64,000 bases of DNA from Octopus vulgaris (taxonomy: Eukaryota), in contig OX597814.1 in the NCBI GenBank assembly GCA_951406725.2, positions 210,428,001 through 210,492,000 of the forward strand, written 5' to 3'. Positions within the stretch are counted from its first letter, which is position 1. Every line of letters starts with the position of its first letter. Below, in pieces: positions 52,366-64,000 of this stretch. Below the pieces are notes generated by a model. It worked only from the letters and a program-made list of their open reading frames with translations, ran no database searches and was not told where the DNA came from. Position numbers and translations under genes: made by a program.

Positions 52366-52525
52366 GCCCAGAATGGCTACAGCTCATGAACTGAAACTAG
52401 ATAAAATAAATTATATACACACACACACACACATATGATAAGTCCGGGTCGATTTGTTCGACTAAATCCGGTGCTCTAGCATGGCATAGCCGAAGCCAAA
52501 TGACTGATACAAATAAAAGAAAAAG
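52200..52525 (+). mobile_element. degenerate, deleted tRNA-derived SINE with a nested extra tail
   Basis: GGCTATGTGGTAAGTAGCTTGCTTACCAACCACATG; tail AAATGACTGATACAAATAAAAG. Confidence 0.75.
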
Positions 52526-54186
52526 AATATAACTGGGAAGTGAAAAGAAAGAAAACTAAGAGTTGCGTCCCTTCTGCCAGTCCAAATCATAATTAATTTA
52601 GATGTAGTAATTCAAGGAAGCGGAGGTCAAAACCTGCGAGTCTGCTGTTCAATCTGGAGAGGACGGTGTCCTCTAGTCTGACAAAAACAATTTGTCCGTG
52701 TATTTTCATTTGCAAATTCGTTACGCTCCACTTGTTTGTATGTGGTGTGCAGTTGGTGGACATCTCTTTCACCGCACTCTCTCAGCATCGGTTATACTTC
52801 TTTTTGATTTCGCCCTGATGTACTAATAATACTTCCGCGAAAAATTGAGGTTTTTTTCCCCCCAAAGAACACGTTGAAGAAAGCCGCTCCGTGTACTGGA
52901 ATGGTTAGAAATGCTATTACGAAATGTCTTCCCTTAAATATATGCATATTATTTACCACATTATTGCTTCTAAATTATTTGTAAACTTCTCATAATTCTA
53001 TCTTTTTTTATATATTGCTTTTGTCTAAATCTTAGAACACGTGAAGTCTCAGGGCTTACTGATTAGCCATTAAATCAAAGATTATCAGTTCATTCCCAGT
53101 CCAGATGCCCCGTTGGGTTCTTATAGAAAGCTCTTCACCTTTTCTTGGATCAGTCCACACAGTTAGCCAAAGGGCTCATTAAGAGTGTCATAAGCGGCAA
53201 GGTAGCCCCAATTTAGTGTCACACGGTTATCGTATCAATGGTGTGAAAATATTTGGACCTGAAGAGCAATTCTTTCGGTGTAAGTGGCTTGTCATATCCT
53301 GCTTATACCCTATCTGACTCGTCTCAGACACTCAAACACGTACACAAGCATTTTCATGGTTGTGTGTGAGCGTGTACATCTGCATAATATGCATGTTTAC
53401 ACAACATTATACTGTCAAATGAGCAATAAATAAACCGTGTCTAAATAACACCATCCCCTGTAGAGTATCTGCCATAACTCTCCAAATATTTAAATATGTG
53501 CAATAACATGTTAGTAAAATTAACTAACTGTCTTCATACATATGTCACACTGAGTTTTAAATATGAAATGTTCGCTGTTTCATAAAACAGTTCACAACTT
53601 GTTCCACATTCTATACATCACCTTTCCTCATTCTCCTAACCTATCGTATCTAAATAACTATATACTTTAGCATATGTTCACAGGGACACACATATATGTA
53701 TTGCGATATTTACGTACGATAGTATCGCTAAACACATGCACGTGTGTGTACGGATGATTTTATTTGACTTATTTTATTTTACATTTAAAAACGAAATATA
53801 TCATGGTAATAGTGAATGACATCAATAGCAAGTAAGAAAATGTGAGCAATACTGTAAGGATATTTATGGTTGGATGTGAACTTAAAGCAAACGTTAGCAA
53901 TAAAACACGAATTAAACAGGATTTATTCCCATGCTGTCGAAGCCATACTCCATAAAATAAACTATAATGTGCATACACACACAAAGGCAAACAGACAGAC
54001 ACACACACACATACTGGGTGCGTAGATGTGTACATGAATGCTCCTGTGATAGCATGTGGAACGGATTATAAATATTTCTATGTGTGTATATGTGAGTGTG
54101 TGTGCGTGTGTGTGTGGGAGTGTATACACTTATATTCAGATATATTCATAAATACATACACGCATACACTCGAGCTAACACACACA

Positions 54187-54371
<185 letters not shown>

Positions 54372-55242
54372 GGAAAACATTACGATTTCGACGATTAGAG
54401 TCATATACGAACATTTACGTTAACAAATTTCCGCATAGATTACGTTATATTATTTAGCCGTTTAACTATATACATATTTGAATGAAGTATATATCAAAAA
54501 TACACAAATTTACAAAATTAAAATTTGAATAAAAACATGCATGTTTCTGTCAGTGATTACTATATAGATAGGTAAATTTCCGATGTTAATTTTAAACACT
54601 TAAAAATAGTTTTGCCGTAGTCAGCAATAGCACTGACAGAGAGTAGAAATCGCACACTTATGAATACTATTACTACTGGATTACTCACTATCCAGTTATG
54701 ATAATCTATTTAATGTATTATGCGACTCAGTCTCCTTTAACGGAAAATCTATTTATCTTTAGTCGTTCTAAATTATTGAATTAGCCGTTAGCCCATGATT
54801 CACTGATCAGGTTTAATATGACCGATTTATTTCCACAGTTGTCATTGCACTGCTAAAGAGCTGATACATTTGCTACTGAATACTGTTGTTGATTAATTCT
54901 AATTAATAAACATCTTGGGTTTGTCTCCCCTCTATTCCTTGATGGGAGTTTGGTAGTTTGGTAATAATGTGCTCTCGTCACTAATCATGTTATTTTCATG
55001 AAATAATTAATATTTCTTCGTTTATCACATTAGGTATGCTACGTTCCATTTCGATTTTAATTCTCACTCTGCAGGAATCCTTGGGTAATTTTTTTTTTTT
55101 TAGATTTTCTGGGTCTCTCAAGTGATTCTCAGGCAATGAAATAAAACTAAAAGTATATTTCACACATGGGGCCCAGTATTACTGAAAGTTTTCAAGAGTT
55201 GTGAACATAGAGCTACACACCAAATTCAGTCGATTGTTTTAT

Positions 55243-55655
55243 CTCTTTACTCTTTTACTCTTTTACTTGTTTCAGTCATTTGACTGTGGCCATGCTGGAG
55301 CATCGCCTTTAGTCGAGCAAATCGACCCCAGGACTTATTCTTTGTAAGCCCAGTACTTATTCTATCGGTCTCTTTTGCCGAACCGCAAAACACACCAGCA
55401 TCGGTTGTCAAGCAATGCTAGGGGAACAAACAGAGACACACAAACATATACACACACACATATATACACATACATATATATACATATATACGACATTCTT
55501 CTTTCAGTTTCCGTCTACCAAATCCACTCACAAGGCATTGGTCGGCCCGGGGCTCTAGCAGAAGACACTTGCCCAAGGTGCCACGCAGTGGGACTGAACC
55601 CGCAACCATGTGGTTGGTAAGCAAGCTACTTACCACACAGCCACTCCTACGCCTA
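55243..55655 (-). mobile_element. near-full-length tRNA-derived SINE
   Basis: Near-identical to 19190-19613 with a short internal deletion; A and B boxes intact. Confidence 0.93.
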
Positions 55656-57053
55656 TCTATAGTCTACTAATTAAATAACATCTCAAATTTTTCTCATTTT
55701 AGTCAGAGTTAGTAATTTAAAATCGACTCAGAAAGTTATTAAAAATAAATATTTTTACGAGTATTCAAGCTGAGAAATTTCAAACAATATCTGTTACATA
55801 TACAACTACCAGTAACAGAAGTGATGTCTTACAATCATATACCCTCATCTCAGTCTCGTGATAAAATCTTTCGCTTTAATCAGTGTGAAGTGTCGTGCAT
55901 ATTACACCAAGTATGCTAAAGACCAATTTACTGATGAGATGTTCATTGGCTGATTCACATTTGATTGGAACATATTCACTTCCATAGTTACAAATATATG
56001 TAGTGTCTCATACTTTCTATACACATGTACGCACACAACACATCCGCGCACGTCTATACAAGCATGCATACGTACATACACACATACAGACACACATACA
56101 TTCATACCTATCCACACACACATATATATGTTCTTACACTTTGCTGTCAACTCTAGCCATATTTCCAATAGATAAATATGACAGTAAAAGTAGTATGTTT
56201 TTATAAGGAGACTGTGTCATTCTCTTAAATATATTGTTGTGCTGGGAATATTATCACTTCACAGGAGCGACATCGAAACCATCAAAATAGCTTGTTCGTA
56301 TTGTTAAAGTCTTTAATCTGATAACTTGTCCTGGGAAAATGAAAGCATTCGCCGAATATTTAATTAGTATCCAATTTCATTGTTTCTAGGCTTGTAATAC
56401 ATCTAATTTTCTTACCTAGTGTTACATAGACGACTGACATTACTATTAGTCTTCCATGCTATACATCAATAGAATCTGAATAGAATATTCGAATTGAACA
56501 GCGTTAATTCGGTTTTGAAGAGGTGAATTTTATCTGAAGTCAGAAATGCATTAGTAGACTTTGGATTTCACTTTATTCTAGCCATAAAGAGATAGAATTG
56601 TACATTTAATGCTTGTAACAACTCTATTGTTATTTAAGTTTCGGCAAGTAATATCAATAATTTTCAGTTTAGGTGAAATAAATCTAATGAGCTCATTTAT
56701 GTAAAAGTTAGTAGAAGTTTGGTGTGAAGCAGCAATTTAGTACGTACAATAGGAGAAAAAAAATGCTGTTACCGATCGTTACTAAACGGATAACAGCAAA
56801 GCGATCATTTGTTAAAGTTATGAAGTTAATTAATGATCCTTTACTTTATCTGCACTGAGTTAATAACTTTCCAAGTCGTTGACCTGTTTCAAATATGGAA
56901 TTAATAATTGATTACGGTTGACATTAGGGGCTCTTATAAAGTCAGAACTCGTCCTTCATGGGTATAAATTAAGGAAAGTTCAACGGTGTTACAATACCAT
57001 AATAGAAAATTAAACAAAAGTATTCTGACAAAGAATGTATAACAGAACGAAAA

Positions 57054-57095
57054 CACAGACGTTTCGGCTAAATAATTTCAGTACCATCTCCAGTC
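57054..57095 (-). ncRNA. decayed hammerhead motif
   Basis: Minus strand CTGGAGA-T-GGT..GCC-GAAA-CG-TC; A6G in the core and no clear stem I. Confidence 0.35.
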
Positions 57096-57586
57096 AGCCA
57101 TTAGTTAGTAATATAAGTCACGACGAAAGCTGATATATTTAAAGCATCAAACGTTTCTTTAAATTAAAATCACTTAACGCACAATATCTATTTTTCTGCT
57201 GTTTTAATAGCCGTAGCATTTATCATATGGTATCTATGGTAAAGAGTTTTGAAGAGAAATTGCAATGAAATTACTTCCTGTGCAAGTTGGCAGTACGAAG
57301 CAGCGGAGGTTAAGAGTATATCATCTAGCAGTAAAAAGAAAAAAAAAACAAAAAGAAAGAAAAATAAACAAAAATAGAAGGAAACTGCGTCTTTTATGCG
57401 AATGAAAGATAAACTAAATTGAAACGAACTAATATTTGCATCGTTGGTGTTTAATTATGTGTCCTTTGAGAATGTATATATTTTAAATTGCTATTGATTT
57501 AAAGTAACAATCTGCAACATTATCTTATATTACCTTTTCTATTCAATCTTATCCCCCGCAATATCAAGTATCTATAATCTTTTTCG

Positions 57587-57587
<1 letters not shown>

Positions 57588-57641
<54 letters not shown>

Positions 57642-57671
57642 TATTATTATTATTATTACTATTATTATTAC

Positions 57672-57706
<35 letters not shown>

Positions 57707-57709
57707 GTT

Positions 57710-57769
<60 letters not shown>

Positions 57770-57770
57770 T
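57588..57770. repeat. compound (TTA)n/(TAG)n microsatellite
   Basis: Direct. Confidence 0.95.
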
Positions 57771-58500
57771 TGCTTTTGTTGTTTTTCTCGTTGTTCATGC
57801 TTTTTTTTTCGTTGTTGTAGTTATTGCGAATATTATACCAAGTAGAAATGCTTTGTGTAAAACACCATCATATATAATCTAAGTAAAAAAATAAGATATC
57901 TACAGGAAATACATACGTAAATATGTTCGAGACGATAAATACAAATGTTATTTGCGGGAAATACATTTCATGTAATTATTACAAGACCAAAACTTGCGAA
58001 TATGTCCGTTGGATTTTCTTAGTCCGAAATTTAATACATTTTGATGGTTATTATTTTTCTTCGAGTGATGAGCAATTTCGTTTATATCTTAACCTGATAG
58101 ATACAAGGAACCCACAGGGAATATAGGGTAGAAAGGTTCAACACACACTTCATTAATTCCACTGACGTCTAATATTTTGAAGCACCCATCTCTTCTGATC
58201 ATGCGTATATATAGACTTTGAATGCGATTTCCAAACTAAATAAAAACGCAGTTAATTTTAAAACAGAAAGAGTCGAGTGATACTATAAAGTCAGTGGAGA
58301 AATATATTTATACCGTGACTACAGGAGGGTAGAAAGTAAAATAACAGCTCCGTTTTGTCTTCCATTTTTTCTGGCAGTTCAAAATAAATATGCAAGGCAT
58401 TTAATCCCTTTAAATCGGACTAGTCGTAATGTATATGCATATACACACGCACACGCACACGCACGCACATACACACAAACAAACACACACATGCATCCCC

Positions 58501-58539
<39 letters not shown>

Positions 58540-58929
58540 CACATATAATATATAATAAATAATAGTTAAAAGAGAAGCTCGCCGCAAGGGGAGCGCAGTC
58601 AAAAAGAGATCTTCAGAGAAAGAACTCCCAACTGAAAACTGCTTCGGCCCTTATACCTGTCACCTTATGAAAGTCGGGCCAACCCAGGCCGTGACTCCTA
58701 AGTGTCCTTCTGTTGCTTCCCGACATCATGTCTGCAGCGGGATTTGAACCTGGGTCGTTGTTTTCTTGAGCTTATGTTCCAAGATCTGTGTTTCAGCCTA
58801 GTAGAACAATCTTTGCAAACTCACCGTATATGCTTATCTTAAAAATGTGTTGCTTTTCTATGCGGCTCTGGTATGGCATTCACAATCCAATGAGAATAAC
58901 TTTGGCACATTCATCAGACTATAAGACAA

Positions 58930-59085
58930 TGTCTTGATTCGAGGAGAGGGTGTTTGACTGGTACTTATTTCTTCGACACCGAAATGATGAAGGTCAACAA
59001 AACACTGGCATCCAGAATATAATGAGCCTGAACAAATGCCGCGAAGCAATTGCTTCGGCGTGGAAAACAATTCTGCCAGCACGTT
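58930..59085 (-). mobile_element. degenerate Meta-like SINE
   Basis: GACTGGTACTTATTTCTTCGACACCGAAATGATGAAGG...CAATTCTGCCAGC. Confidence 0.65.
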
Positions 59086-60447
59086 CTATATTGTTTGTAT
59101 AATATACAGTGCGTTTAGACGTTTTGTAAACCATTTGTTTTGCTTGACTGATATAATCTACTTATATGTATGTGGCCTTAGCTAGCACTCTAATGAGACT
59201 GACTAAAACAGCGCGATTCTATATTTTTGACTTAATATTTAGCTTTTATAAAATACATAAAATCGCAAAATGTAGATTTATTGTTAACGTATTTTTTTCT
59301 TGAATATCAGCTCAGATTGAGGAGACTGATTAAAACTGTTCGGGCCATGGTTATTTCACTTTCTTTCACGCATATATAATGGAATTAAATATGCTCGAAA
59401 AGTCTTTAGATCATGATTTATGTAATGTCTGAGATGTGTTCCAGAATCGCGAGGTACGTGGTCTCTTGAAGGTTGGCACGTTGATTTACGTTGCTCTAAT
59501 CCTCTCAGCTGTAGTTGAGTTATTTTTTGACTAAAAAGTGGCTACTCTGAATATTAGGGCAGCGTCTTATTATTTCGTTGTCTCAAAGACTCTTGGTGTT
59601 TATGTTACACTGTATAATGTTCATGACGACGACGACGACGATGATGGTGAAGATGATGATCTTGAGGATGATAGTATCCCGGAGGTGATAATCAGGCACA
59701 GTGAAATTTGATGTAGCTTTGTTTATCATCATTTGTACCAGTCCATGCAACCACGAAGAATCTCATTTCTTGATATATCAGAAGTGTGATTTGTGTTCTA
59801 CCTGACATTACTAAAAATGCTTCAAAGAAAGAAACCACGTTGCTCTAATAACGGTAATATTTAAATCTATCTACATGTACGTGTATTACTGCTGCGTATA
59901 TGAATTAACACATCTAAATAAATATAAAATTCACCATCTAATTCAGCAATTTAGATTTAATAAAACGTTATCTAGATGTAATACTGTAAGATGTGAGTCC
60001 ATAAATCTATCAATATGACATAAAATTACGACTAGTAATTTTATTTCTATACATGTTCGATTACATCAAAGGTTTGTTAAATTCACAAGCATTAATTACG
60101 AGTTCTAGTTGATTATATTTGATCTTTGCTTTACGCTACAGAAAAAGTAAACATATATATACACTAAATGTCTAAGACCCGATCAGATTAAAGACTCACT
60201 TTTGTCCGATTTTAATCGAAAATTGCATCCATAGACATTCTAGCTTGCATTTTGATTAGATCTCCCAAACCATTGATGGTAACTTGCATATATATCTACT
60301 TTCCTAAGTTTTTATCTATGTGGATATTTAAATGCATACGAATATGCTCACACACAGATATGCACACACTTATGCATACACTCAGGCTCATGTGTATATA
60401 TGTGTACGTGTCTGTTTAATGGGATATTAATACATGTTAACATATAG

Positions 60448-60483
<36 letters not shown>

Positions 60484-60511
60484 ACATATTTATATACATA
60501 TACATACATTC

Positions 60512-60583
<72 letters not shown>

Positions 60584-61288
60584 TCCATTCTTTTGGTACT
60601 TGTAAACCGATTTCACTTTTGAGTTTTCGATAAAGCGCTAAGACATTAACATCGTGGTACAATCAAAATATGAATTCGAAACGCATTCAATATTGTAGAA
60701 GTTTTAATATACTTTCTTCTAAGTGTACATCGAGTATCAAATTATTTCCTGATGCATTTATGTACATCAAGCTAATGCAAGTCTGTGAAGTCAGCTTCTG
60801 AGATTCATTCTAGACACGCTGATTATTTCGATATAGTCTATATTCTTAACAGTTCATACAACTCTCTTTCTTTCTCTGTCTGATTCTCTGCCTTGCTGTG
60901 TGGACCTCTCTTTCCCGCACACATTCATACACATAAGTTCGACGAAGGTGTCTCAGTTCTCAATACATATCGAAAAACAGCACTACCTTCATATCAAACG
61001 CTACAATTTTATAGAAATCAGGAAGGAGATTTTGCATCATGTAGCTATGTCTACCATCATAAAAGTTGCGATGGCCATAGATGGAATGATTATGATCAAA
61101 GTACTGCTTGGTATGCATCAGCCCACTTTATCTTACTTATACTTATTTTCCCTCGTTATATAGAAAGAGATAGATAAATACATAGACAAGCAGCGTGTTA
61201 CGTCACACATGTGATACAAGAAGAGAAAAGCGAATGTAAATGTGCGTTGACTGTATTTGAAATAAAGCGAGAAGAATAAATCAATGAA

Positions 61289-61333
<45 letters not shown>

Positions 61334-61369
61334 CTAATGTAATCTGTGAGTGTATGGCTGTGTGATTGC

Positions 61370-61416
<47 letters not shown>

Positions 61417-61421
61417 ATATT

Positions 61422-61464
<43 letters not shown>

Positions 61465-61533
61465 GAAATATGAATAATATTAATCAAAAGTTTAACGATA
61501 TCAATCTTCGTTCAACTCCATTTCTTCAATTCA

Positions 61534-61576
<43 letters not shown>

Positions 61577-61587
61577 TTGTATATTTG

Positions 61588-61619
<32 letters not shown>

Positions 61620-61669
61620 TATACTTGTATATTTGTATATATATATATATATATACATATATATACTTG

Positions 61670-61708
<39 letters not shown>

Positions 61709-61752
61709 TTGTATATTTGTATATATATATATATATATATATTATGTATACT

Positions 61753-61792
<40 letters not shown>
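61370..61792. repeat. (TA)n array with a recurring TACTTGTATATTTG spacer (nascent minisatellite)
   Basis: The spacer recurs about five times at 61574-61760. Confidence 0.9.
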
Positions 61793-61797
<5 letters not shown>

Positions 61798-62392
61798 TGG
61801 ATTGAAAGTAAATGCTATGACATTTAAATACATTTAAGATAATGAAACGAATCTACGAAATCATTTAAATATAAATATATTACAATACTTAAAAGAAAGG
61901 AGAGGAAAAAGTCCTAACAAATTTGAAGGAATATAATAATGCATTAACAAAGAGCAAGACCAATTACTAAAAACCTGATATTTGGCTGATTTGACTTAAT
62001 TACAGATATAAGGGCAAGGATAACAATGAAGAACCTCAGAAAGATGATGGTAAACAATTAGAGATTAAAACTAATTATTTAGATGAATAAAATTTATTAT
62101 AAGACATTTTGAAGGAGTAGAAGAAGGAATAAATTTAGAAAAAAAATAAAATTAACTCATATTGTAGGAATATATGTAAATATATTATCCGGCAATGTAT
62201 GTGTAGATGTCTATAGATTTCTTAGACGAAATAGCCAAGATGTAGAAAAGGCTGAATGTGAGCGGGGAAAGACACATACCGTAAGGTCATGTGAAAATAA
62301 AAAAGAAGATAGAAACTGAAAGGGAGGTTGAGATGGAGAATGGGAGTGAGAGAATCAGATTGTGTTAAGTGATGTAGAATAGAAAGGGACAT

Positions 62393-62560
62393 ATTCTTTT
62401 ACTGTTTTACTCTATTACTTGTTTCAGTCATTTGACTGAGGCCATGCTGGAGCACCTCATTTAGTCGGGCACATCGACCAGAGGACTTATTCTTTGTAAG
62501 CCTAGTACTTATTCTATCGGTCATTTGTCGAACCGTTAGCTTACGGGGCCGTAAACGCAT
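62393..62560 (-). mobile_element. tRNA-derived SINE, 3' part
   Basis: TTACTTGTTTCAGTCATTTGACTGAGGCCATGCTGGAGCAC...GTACTTATTCTATCGG. Confidence 0.9.
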
Positions 62561-63359
62561 TAGCATTGTGAATTGAATAAATGTATAGGTTCTATTACTC
62601 TGGAGACTGTGGTGAGTTATGCACACTTTTCAGCTTAATACTAAATCGATAATCGTTGAATTGGGTAAACATACAGAGTTGAAATACTACAGAGTTCAAA
62701 TTTGCAACTAAACGTTTGATTTCAAATTTTGGCACAAGACCAGCAATTCCGAGCGAGTGAGTAACTCGATTACATTTAAGGATAGAAAGATAAAGTACCG
62801 GTCAAGTACTGCAATCTTATATCGCCTAACACCTATTACCAACTTACTGATTTAATACCAAAGTTAGGATCAATTATAATACAGGATGTGATAGTCTTAG
62901 TAATAGCGGCGACAATAGTAGTAGGGGTCAGTCAGTCCGTCGGTCAATCAGTTTGTATTTATCCGGTGTCTGAGTTCCGCATATGCGAGGCTGCTTATGT
63001 ATTTATTTTGTATTGATATATTTTGGCAAAGTCTAGAGTTTGCTGGTGTAATTTTTTGGAAAAATGAGGAGACGGCCTAATACAGTAATGAAGTAAAAAT
63101 CAGAGTAAAAAGTAAGCAACTACTTCAATAAGTAAATTTCTTTATTGCTGTTCTAATAGTGAAAACTAGTTTACGACTCTACCATAGCACATTAAAGCGA
63201 TAGCTGATTCCAATAAAATCGCAGTACAGTCGTTCATTAGGAAAAAAATCGAAAATTTTAAAGTTTCAACCGTGAATGGCCCTGGTTAAAAATTAAAATA
63301 CAAATTACTAAATGCAGTAAAACCTAATGCACTATTGCATAAAAGTGTGTGTATGTATG

Positions 63360-63407
<48 letters not shown>

Positions 63408-64000
63408 GTGAGAGAGAGAAAGAGAGAGACAGACAGACAAACAAACAGACAGAAAGAGTTGTACTTATATCAATGCGGATGGAGTGACTGTATGTCATAA
63501 AAATCAGAAATGAAAGTATGCCACTATAAAATCAAATTAAGAGATACTGGATACATAAAAAAAGTTCGAGAATTTACAAAGAACATCCATTCATAAATTT
63601 TCTCACCACATTGCGTGTGAATATATCTATATGTTTTGTATATCAATGTTTGTATATGTGTATGCCTGACTCGGTGTGTCCATATGGTATGCAAGTAAAT
63701 GAAAATTTTGTTTTGAAATATTGGTGAACATTCAATTTTCATCGTTTAATCAATTACTATTCGACATAGGGTATGATGTGTTACATTTTATTGTGGTTGA
63801 TTAATTTTGTAAAGATTATTTAAGAGAGCAAGTAGTAGTAATGTCCCCATTGATTACAAGTATATGGCAAGAGAGTTATTAACATTAAAGCATTTATTAA
63901 AGCTATTAGTGCTTTTGTAATTGATACAGTTGTACAGTTGGAGAAAGTTATTATTTTTACGTTTAGGATCATTTTCTTTCTTTTTTTCTTGTTACACCAA

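Noticed and set aside
52560-53330. Possible RTE/CR1 3' relics
   Set aside because: GC-richer islands without diagnostic motifs I can support.
55938-55975. CTGATGAG followed by an ATGTTC/GAACAT hairpin
   Set aside because: No GAAA after the stem, so not a hammerhead.
61535-61792. Repeat-spacer pattern as a CRISPR array
   Set aside because: Spacers are just (TA)n; eukaryotic context with no cas genes.
61840-62170. Possible Penelope N-terminal ORF relic
   Set aside because: Only a weak resemblance (EEKVLTNLK); no ADKG or RT motif.

Overview
AT-rich, microsatellite-dense eukaryotic DNA. The SINE families and the (TA)n/(ATGT)n load point to an octopod cephalopod (inferred). I found no intact protein-coding gene, rRNA, functional tRNA or CRISPR array, and nearly all ORF-track entries are microsatellite artefacts. 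The window holds: many tRNA-derived SINEs of about three families; defective Tc1/mariner elements (mariner, maT-like, rosa-like); R4/Dong-type LINEs next to (TAA)n; Tx1/L1 ORF1 and ORF2 relics; a Penelope GIY-YIG relic; and a Helitron-like end. The main unexplained signal is a set of about ten minimal type-I hammerhead-ribozyme (HHR) motifs or half-motifs in short, mutually dissimilar Penelope-like/retrozyme-like inserts, most beside (TA)n. One has an intact core (7323-7393), two share a U4C core variant, one lies downstream of a tRNA-like Pol III head, and one sits in a 187-bp inverted repeat. Also present are a templated insertion into a SINE, a pre-miRNA-like hairpin, and low-confidence decayed exons of Cys-rich or SEA-like extracellular proteins. 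All alignments and folds were done by eye.
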